The notes under the pieces are model-generated. The model made no database searches. It worked only from the letters and a program-made list of their open reading frames with translations, and was not told the origin of the DNA. Made by a program: the position numbers and the translations under genes. 64,000 nucleotides of DNA from Octopus sinensis (lineage: Eukaryota): positions 64,418,001 through 64,482,000 of the forward strand of contig NC_043002.1 in NCBI RefSeq assembly GCF_006345805.1, read 5' to 3'. The first letter of the stretch is position 1. Every line of letters begins with the position of its first letter. Shown in pieces: positions 54,838 to 64,000 of the stretch.

Positions 54838-55575
54838 ATATTGGTTTCACAATTTGGCACAGGACTGTCATTTTCGTAATTGAGGGCGTAAGTCGATTAC
54901 ATCGACATCAGTGCTCAAGTGGTACTTACTTTATGGACCTCCAATGAATGAAAGGCTAAATCGACCTCGGCTGAATTTGAACTGAGAATGCAAAGACGGA
55001 TGATATGTTCTAATCACTTTCCTCGGCGCGCTGACGATTCTGTCAGCTAACCGCCTAATGCTTTCTTACATAGTGGTTTCAAACTTTGGCACAAGTCCTG
55101 CATGTTCGGGTGAGAGAGGGATTTAAGGCATATTCGATCTCGGCGGAATTTGAACCCGGAACTTAATGACGGACGAAATAGTGCTAAGTATTTTGCCCGT
55201 CATGCTAACAATTCTGCCAGCTCACCACTGTCGATCGTTCTTTCGGTTTTAATGCTTATAATAACTAGCACTCCGTTGATTACGACGACGAGCGTTGCAG
55301 TTGATCCGCTCGGCAGAAGAGTCTACTCAGGAATTTAATGTGAAAGTGGTTGAGCACTCCACCGACACGCGAACTCTTCACGTGGTTCTCAGCGTGACAC
55401 AGAATTTGACAAGGCTGATCCCTCTCAATTACAGGTAAAACTAAGCGTTTCCAGTTGAATGAAATGGAGCAGCACGAAATAAAGCGTTTTCTTGAAAGAC
55501 TCAACACACGGCTAGGTATCGAGCTCACAACCCTACGAGATTGAGCCAAGTACCCTAACCACTCAGCCACGCATC
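54838..55575 (-). mobile_element. Cluster of three minus-strand SINEs
   Basis: Two family 2 copies (54838-55060, 55075-55230) and one further tRNA-headed SINE (55270-55575). Confidence 0.7.
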
Positions 55576-55595
55576 TTTCAACATATTTATATATA

Positions 55596-56509
55596 TTGGG
55601 TCATCTCATAAATAATACGGTTTTTTATACTTCTTTTATTTTTCAAAATGAAGATATACAAATTTCTTTTTAATCTAAAATATACTCCCCGTAATTTTCG
55701 AGAATGCTCTCTTCCATCTATCTAGTTGACTTGCAAGGCCCGTCTTCCAAAATTCACTTGTCCGTGACAAAAAATACTCCTCCAATTCTGTTCTATCCTC
55801 GTCTACAGAATTCATATTTTTCTCTGTCCAAATGATTTTGAAGACTGCGGAATAAATGATAATCAGATGGGGCAATACCCGTCGAATATTGTGGGTGGGT
55901 CATCGTTTGCCATTCAAACTACCCCAGCCTTTGGAATGTCCTTTTCGCTGTATGTGGCCTGATGGAAGAACACGTTTTGTCTTGAAGCCAACAATGGTCT
56001 TGTTTCTTCTAGCGTAGGTGTCGATGAATGACTAACTGGCCAAATCAAAGCTTATCTGCTAGTTCCTAAACAATTATTATGGGATTTCGTTCCACCAGGG
56101 TTTGCAGGACGTCCTCGTCGAGCGGTTCAGATATTCCAGGTCGAGACTCGTCTTCTAGGTTGTAGTATCCGGTTCGGAATTTATGGAACTACCGTTGATA
56201 CTTACTTCCGCTTATTGCCCGATCCTCATCTATTGCATTAATACTCCTCACGTTTTGTGTTCCGTTGTTGCCTTTATTGAACTCATAAAGCTAAATATGT
56301 TGAATATGCTTGTTTGTCACTTCCATTGTAGCTTTGAAAATATAACTGTTAAACTCGAACTTCACTCTTCAAAACTTACACTAAGAATGAAGGCAAGGTG
56401 AAATTTCTACCTGACTTTATACCAAGTTGATGCATTTGCTTATCGCGTACTTGTCCGACTTTTAGTTCATGCAATTCAACAAAACCACATTATGTATACG
56501 ATAATCCAA
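55596..56509 (-). mobile_element. Degenerate mariner element
   Basis: Minus strand PYSTGIAPSDYHLFRSLQNHL. Diverged TTGG.. termini flanked by TA. Confidence 0.8.
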
Positions 56510-57153
56510 TATATCAAGGGGATATATTTCAGATATCCTTATTTATGTTACGCAATAGCAGAAGACACGATATAATACTATATATGCATGTAATTATTGT
56601 CTAAAATACAATCAGGATCTTTGGTAGGCAGAAATTGCCAGCTTTAGTGGTATCTATTTCAAAATCGACCAAATTTTTGCAGACAAAAGAAAAATACTAA
56701 CAACCCTGAGATACTATTAATATTAAGCTATTCTAGTGTAAAACCAAAGATATTCAGCTATAAACTTTCAGTTAGACCAGCCGTTCTAAACAAGAATCGT
56801 TCAGCAGCTTTGCTAATAGATTGAAACTATCAAAAAGTGATGGGAGACTGTTTAATGTGTATAATAAAAGCAAGATGTGATTTGTACCATTTACTCTTTG
56901 CGCAAGTTTCGCCATTGTGACTTGTGTAGTTTCTACAGTCGGTATCCCTGGTGCAATTAGAAACAGATTATCAAGGATCCATCAAGGAAACATATTTTTT
57001 TAGATTTTGCTGACGGTGATCAAGTGTAAGTTATTAAATACACGAACAGCAATCGTATTTCTAACTGCACGCGGACGAAATGCTATATGTGAAGCTATAT
57101 ACATATATAAATACACACATACACACGCGCATATATATGTGTATGTGTGTGTA

Positions 57154-57213
<60 letters not shown>

Positions 57214-57604
57214 TCTTTTCCACTCTAGACACAAGGCTTGACATTTTTGAGGAGGCGAACAGTCGATAAATCGACCCCAGTACACAACTAGTAATTAATT
57301 TCTCGACCCCGAAAAGATGAAAGGCAAACCTCGACCTCGGTGGAATATGAACTTAGGACGTAATATAATAATAATATTAACACGAGATGGATTCGGTTTC
57401 AAACTCGGTATTAAATCAAGTTTGAAACCGAATCCATCTTCTGTTAACATTATTACCCTAACTGCCACTGCAAATTTCCCGAAGTAAATCTAACGGAAGT
57501 GTACCACGTCTGACGATGACAACAGGTAACGGAAACTGTGTCGGTGTGCTACTCGACATTTAAACACATTAATCGACTTATACTTCTTATTTGTCCAAAT
57601 TGAG

Positions 57605-57935
57605 TCGCTGTGTGGTTAGTAGCTTGCTTACCAACCACATGGTTCCGGGTTCATTCCCACCAAAGCCTTGTGAGTGGATTTGGTAGACAGAAACTGAAAG
57701 AAGTTCGTCTTATACATGTATATATTTATGTATGTGTGTGTATATGTTTGTGTGTCTGTGTTTGTACCCCCAACATCGCTTGACCACTGATGCTGAGTGT
57801 GTTTACGTACCCGTAACTTAGCGGTTCGGCAAGAGAGACCGATAGAGTAAGTACTAGGCTTACAAAGAAAAAGTCCGTGGGTCGATTTTCTCGACTAAAG
57901 GTGGTGCTCCAGCATGACCACAGTGAAATGACCGA
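57605..57935 (+). mobile_element. tRNA-derived SINE family 1, near full length with an internal deletion
   Basis: Head GCTGTGTGGTTAG..GGTTCATTCCC, internal microsatellite, and the family tail. Confidence 0.8.
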
Positions 57936-57936
57936 A

Positions 57937-58022
<86 letters not shown>

Positions 58023-59324
58023 TATATATATATAAAATCATGCATATATACGCACATACATATATACGTACATACATATTTACACATATCAATCTCTCGC
58101 CTTTTATTAGATACCCATCCACTTAGCAGTAAATTCATACACCTAAATCATATTGTGTAAACATTAAATAGATCATTCATATCGTTTGTACCAAGAACAA
58201 GAGTGGTGATTTAATGTTAAAGTAATTTATGCAGACAATATTAAGGTAAAAGTAATAAAAGCTAAAAAAATATTTATATGCATCAGGATGTTCATAATAA
58301 GCGTTATATTGTCCATTTATTGGTATTTGAGCTTCTCTTTGCATAGCGGCATTAATCATGGTGGCCACAATGCTGTCGTAGAATTGGTCGAATCGTTAAA
58401 AACAAAAATTCCTTTCGGTATCGTAAGGTTATGTGTTTGTTCCGCTTAAGCAGAATATCATGAAATGCTTCGAATCAACCAATACTGCAAGTGAAATTTG
58501 GTCGATGTATATTTTGCGAAATTAGTCGAATGATTGCTCACAGTAATTCAAAGGCTGAGTCTTGTGATAAAAAATGGATTAGCATAATCGTTAGTGTCAG
58601 GTAAAACATCATGCGACATCACTTTGCAGACTTTTACACTCTTAATTCAAACATCCTTATGGTTACTTGTTACTTTCATCTTTCCGATATCAATAAAGTA
58701 TAAAATACGGTCAAGTGCTCGCGCACTGACTCTGTTTCAATAAACTCTAACACCTCCATAATATTTTAAGATTAGTGTCTATGTTAAAAATCAATATCGG
58801 TTTAATTTTTTGTTATGCAATAAATGGAGTTCACTCGAGGACGCTGCTAACTTATTCTGAAATCATTAGCATAGTATTACCTCCACCCTAGTTGCTGCAA
58901 TATAGATTAGAGAATCAGTAAGCAATTGTAGAATATGTTATATTTGTTGATGTAGTAAAACGGTATTGTTTAGCAACTTATCAATTCAGAGACGCCATCC
59001 ACTTAAAAACCGCCATTTAATATAACGTTAACATTGTGAAGACATGTCTGTTGCTGTTGTCTTTCATATGGGCAAGTTACATAATAATAGAAACATTATT
59101 CCTTCATTAATATCGATTCTTTCACTTGCCGAATATTCATTTCTGGTTATATTTTTAGTGCTCAATAAAAGATAACCTATAATTTAGCATAACAAAATGC
59201 AACTAGCAAGTTAAAATAAAAAGGAAAACATAGCAACACATTAAAAACAAAGTAGAAAATGAAGCGAAAGAAATGTGTGACAAACTGGAAGACGGCGAGA
59301 GAAAGAGAGAGAGAGAGAGAGAGG

Positions 59325-59356
<32 letters not shown>

Positions 59357-60100
59357 TGAAAGAGTGACACAGTAGGGTAAAGTAAAGTAAATGAGTGAAA
59401 ATTTTAGTAGGAAATAAATCGTAAACAACACCATTGCTTAAGGAGCGTGAGACACAAAGGATAGTTTCTCTACAGTAACTTTACATTCAAGAAAATACGC
59501 TCATGTCTCAGAAATGTGCTTTCTCTGGCTTATGTTTTTGTTTTTGTTTATTTCTTTACTGTTTTTATTATTATTATTTTTATTTATTTATTTACTTATT
59601 TATTTTAGCTGATACAAATTATTCCTACGTACGATGTCTGAAAACAACGAATAGTCATATGGGAAGCTTCTACTCAATTAGGGACAAACATCAATTTTTA
59701 TTTATTTAACATTTTTTTTTTTTTTTGAGAAACTAATTTTGATCAGATACAAAAATATGCTGGGAAATGCTGTAGTATATCTTTTGATATTTCCTACATG
59801 ATTTTGCCCAGGATTTTTTCCTCAAATAAGGAGCTGAATGGTAACTATACCGATGTTTAACACATGTATGTTTTTGTACGTCATTTTACTTCGTTCCTGA
59901 ATAACACTACTTTTAACTTATAACGTATGTAACCTGTTTCAGCTGTTGGGCTGAGGCCAATCTAGGCACTGTTTAGAAGGGTTTTGTCCAAGAATTCGAT
60001 TCTAGTAATTATTTATATATACGATCACACCTTTTGACGCAGATTTCAAGAAACCAACAGCGGTTGTCACGCATTGATGGGGAAACACACACACACACGC

Positions 60101-60159
<59 letters not shown>

Positions 60160-60392
60160 TATATATATATCATTGCAGCATGGAAGGTGTTTATAAGCCA
60201 TTTAAGAAACACACAGAAACACACAATTTAAATTTAATTTGCCAAAATATTTTCGTCGCTTTGAGACCGCGACCGGTTCACGGACAAAATTCCGTGCTGC
60301 ATGGTGAATGGCTGTATGCAAAGAGATGCAGCACAGAATTTTGTCAGTGAACAGGTCGCGGTCTCAAAGCGACGAAAATATTTTGGCAAATT

Positions 60393-60533
60393 AAGGGAGC
60401 GAGCTGGCAGAAACGTTAGCATGAGGGCGAAGTACAAGTTACGCACTGGAGTCAACTTAATCGACTTAATCCCTTTGTCTGCCCTTGTTTTTCCCCTCTA
60501 TGTTTAGTCCCTTTAGGGTAACAAAGAAAATAT
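60393..60533 (+). mobile_element. Internally deleted SINE family 2 copy with a 19-bp TSD
   Basis: Identical GAAAATATTTTGGCAAATT at 60374-60392 and 60534-60552. Confidence 0.85.
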
Positions 60534-60689
60534 GAAAATATTTTGGCAAATTGAATTTAAATTTTGAAGTGAATTATCGATTTTTGCGTGTTTCTTAAAT
60601 AGCTTATAAACACGTTCCACGTTGCAATTGTTTTCGTTCCAGCACACGATCTCAGAACAGGTCACTTGCTATGCAAGTACATCTCCGTA

Positions 60690-60748
<59 letters not shown>

Positions 60749-61019
60749 CGTATGTGTGTGTACGTGTGTGTGTGTATGCGTGTCTGTGTATAGAGGTAAG
60801 TTCCAAGGATCAAGGTGTAGCAAGTAATTGAGTGTCAAGGGGTCCGAATAAGGTATAAAATATAATGCCCAAGAACAATAATGGTTTACTGACGTGGAAG
60901 TTTGAAACTTTTGCCCATATTGAAAGTCGGTGAGTTGCAAAATAGTTATCTCATAGTTTACGATTAGCAGTTGGGACTGCTCTATATGCAAACGCAATTC
61001 CAAATTAATGAAAGAAACA

Positions 61020-61500
61020 TACGTAACCTGGGTTTCATCTACTCCATTCCACCATCACATCAAACCACACAACACTACACCTTACACCACCAAAGCACAC
61101 AACACATCACATCAGAACACACCACCACGCACACATAAGCACTGACCACTTCCCAGACCCACATTTTCACACCCACGCACACGTCAAGTTCACCAGCCTT
61201 CTTCCACACGCACATAAAGCTATCTTATACACACGCAAGCGAACCTTTGTTTTGGGATCACCACCACTTTGTTATCTCCTCTTCTCCCTACCACCCCTGT
61301 GTTACCCTTTTGTCCGGCTAAGGGCATGGTAGATCGCTAGCCACTACACATTCTTTATTTTCTCTCAGTGTTTCTTTCTGTGTTCCTTTCTGTGGAAGAG
61401 CGTAGGATCGAAACATTAAAGACTTTTTCCTTCCTGAGCGTTATACTAATACATCTGTTTGTTGTCTACACCACCTGTCTTCATATTTTGTTTTTATTTT
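61020..61500 (+). mobile_element. PLE 3' fragment with a degenerate mini-hammerhead
   Basis: CTGTGGAAGAGCGTAGGATCGAAAC at 61390-61414. Flanks align with the 15985-16190 minus-strand copy. Confidence 0.55.
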
Positions 61501-61539
61501 TTCTGATTATCCCCTATATATATATATGTGTGTGTATAT

Positions 61540-61583
<44 letters not shown>

Positions 61584-61639
61584 ATATATTATATATATAT
61601 ATATATGTATATGTATATGTATATATATGTATTTATATA

Positions 61640-61644
61640 ACTTA

Positions 61645-61675
<31 letters not shown>

Positions 61676-63327
61676 GTAGAAATATTTTTGAAAAAAATAT
61701 TAATACACGTGCAAATGTAAGGTTAAAATATAAAAAATCAACGAAAATGCATATTGTAGATATAAAAAGGCTATTTATGACAGGTAGTGACAAATATATA
61801 CATTTAGACTATTACTAGTCAAAAAGGTCATTGTTATTGATGATTATAAGAAGTTAATAATAATAATAATAATAAGGTAGGATACTGAAACGAACCAATT
61901 GGTTATCGCGTTAGCTATTCATCGTTTGAACAACACCGGTTAGTAAACGGTGTCAGGTCTAATAGTTCCTGAGAAAAGAGATTATTTGTAAGGGAGGTAA
62001 GTAGTTCTGGATTATATGCATAAGGGAGGCAAGTAGTTCAGGAATTAGAAATGTGAGTGATGAAGAAAGTGTATAGAGTTTAGTGGTTTAAATTGAAGAG
62101 TTAGTGGTGTTCTGTATTGAGTTGTGTGTTCACATTTAGTTGGGGGAGAAATTTGCTGATGAAAAATGACTTTTGTTGCATTGTGGTGTTCTGTGAGCAT
62201 TGGTAAAAGGGATATATTTGGAAATTGGGATTAAGATTCCTGGCACATCTTTCTATGTGTTCACTCACCCTTAACTGTCTGTATTGTGGGTGGCGGATTT
62301 GCTCTTTGTGAATGGTGATTCTTTGACGGAGTGAAATTCCTGTTTGTCCGATATATAGTTTACCGCATCCTATGCATGTCATGACATACATTACATTTGC
62401 CGAGGTGCAGGTGAAATTTGATTTGATCTTAAATATTTCTCCTTGTTTGAATTGGAATTCTGAACCCTCCAGAAGGTGGGGGCATGTTCCACAGTTGGAA
62501 CGTCCACATTTTGTCACTTTTGGCTCAGTAGTTAGTGGCTAAAGTCCAGCGCTGGTTAGTATTCTTTTCAGTGACTTCGGTTGTTTTTTTGCTTTTTATA
62601 ATGTTATATGAGCTTAAAATTTCGTTCATTGTTTTGTCTGCTGTGAGGATGGGGAGGTTTTGGGTGATGATGTTGAATGCTTCGTTATTGCTGGGGTTAT
62701 GTGTGGAGATGTACGGGAGTATTTTTAAGTCTTGTTTAGTATTACGGCTAGTTTTCCTTAATCTTTGTATATCTATTCCCTTAGCTCTTTTGACGCCTTC
62801 ATTTACTAATGAGATTGGGTAGTGTCTTTTAGTTAGTGTAGATCTAAGTTCAAGGAGTCTATGTTCACGAGTGTATGTATCGTAAACTATGGTGCAGATT
62901 CGTTTTGTTAGGTTAAAGGGTATGTTGATTTTTATGTGTTTGGGGTGGCAGGAGTTAAATAATAGGTATTGTTTAGAGTATGTGGGTTTATAAAAGATGT
63001 CTGTTTCTATATGGTTGTTAACTATTCTAATTAAGATGTCTAGAAAAGGTAGTTGCTTACTGTTGTGTTCCATAGTGAATTGTATATTGCTGCGTATGTT
63101 GTTGAGCATTCTTTTAAAATGAAGGAATTGATCCATGCTATCTTGACAAAGTATGAAGCAATCATCTAAATATCTCTTCCAGTTCTCCTTTAAGTAGTAA
63201 TTGAAAGAGGCGCCATATTTTTCTAGTGATGATTGGTATAACTTAAGTTCGTGGTAACCCTGCAATAACTGGAGCAGCTCTCAGGAACTATTATACCTGA
63301 CACCGTTTACTAACCGGCGTTGTTCAA
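61640..63327 (-). mobile_element. Penelope-like retroelement, 5'-truncated: RT (YLDD motif) plus GIY-YIG endonuclease, frameshifted
   Basis: ORF 62525-63265 has WKRYLDDCF and TDIFYKPT. ORF 62101-62517 has CGRSNCGTC and VMYVMTCIGCGKLYIGQT (GIY-YIG). A 49-bp inverted copy of 61926-61974 lies at 63279-63327. Confidence 0.93.
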
Positions 63328-63795
63328 TGTTGGAATCCGTGGAAATCTTCTACACTGGATTAAGTATTTCCTAGCGAATAGAACACAACATGTTGTAGTC
63401 GATGGAGTCCACTCAAACCCAGCAAAAGTCACCAGCGGGGTCAACCAGGGGACTGCCTTGGGCCCGCTCCTCTTTATAATTTACATAAACGACCTTTCCA
63501 GTGTTGTACATCAATGCAAAGTAAAAATATTTGGTGATGATACTAAGCTCCAGCAAATAATCAATGAAGAAGCAGACCGAGCTCAATTCCAGTCTGATCT
63601 ATATGTTGCGAGTCAATGGGCAGATAAAAACAAAATACAACTGAACGAGGGAAAATTTGATCTGATGCATTTTGGAAGAAAGTCCACACTAAAACAGCCA
63701 TTAACTCTTTCTCCAGGGGAACCGCTCACAGCCTCTAACAATATCAGAGACCTGGGCGTAATTGTTGATGACAATCTCAGTTGGAGTGCCCACAT

Positions 63796-63800
<5 letters not shown>
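63320..63800 (+). mobile_element. CR1/L2-like LINE reverse transcriptase fragment
   Basis: SGVNQGTALGPLLFIIYINDL and KIFGDDTKL motifs. Truncated on both sides and ends in (TA)n. Confidence 0.88.
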
Positions 63801-63858
<58 letters not shown>

Positions 63859-64000
63859 AGAGAGATAGATAGATCGATAGATATAATGTATTGTTCTGCG
63901 ATGGTTGTTCAACAAAAAAGTACTATATCTGGTGAGAAATAAATATTGTTTATAGACACAATCTATGTTTTTACGTGGTACTAATATTCTCTTGTGCTGA

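Noticed and set aside
59590-59710. Strong polypyrimidine tract plus AG as exon 2 of the 52821 candidate
   Set aside because: No convincing donor, the frame stops after ~33 codons, and T-rich tracts are common here.

Overview
AT-rich, microsatellite-dense non-coding animal DNA. The SINE families, Dong/R4 LINEs in (TAA)n and the repeat style suggest an octopus or other cephalopod genome; this is inference from repeat types, not a database match. No host protein-coding gene can be supported, only one candidate short first exon near 52.8 kb, and most ORFs in the track are microsatellite artefacts. The window is a patchwork of decayed mobile elements: CR1-like and Dong/R4 LINEs, Penelope-like elements (PLEs), mariner relics and MITEs, a Helitron and tRNA-derived SINEs. 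The standout is a ~3.5 kb tandem array (19484-22958) of a ~490-bp highly structured unit. Each full unit carries a type I hammerhead ribozyme: 8-bp stem I, CUGAUGA, long stem II, GAAA (altered in copy 2), near-palindromic stem III, GUC. The array has an inverted partial copy at its head and sits in a TA microsatellite, the architecture of a non-LTR retrozyme-like element that could produce circular RNA. Three more hammerheads (18711, 24960, 40399) and several degenerate ones lie in PLE-type repeats. All structures were read by eye and no folding or database search was run.
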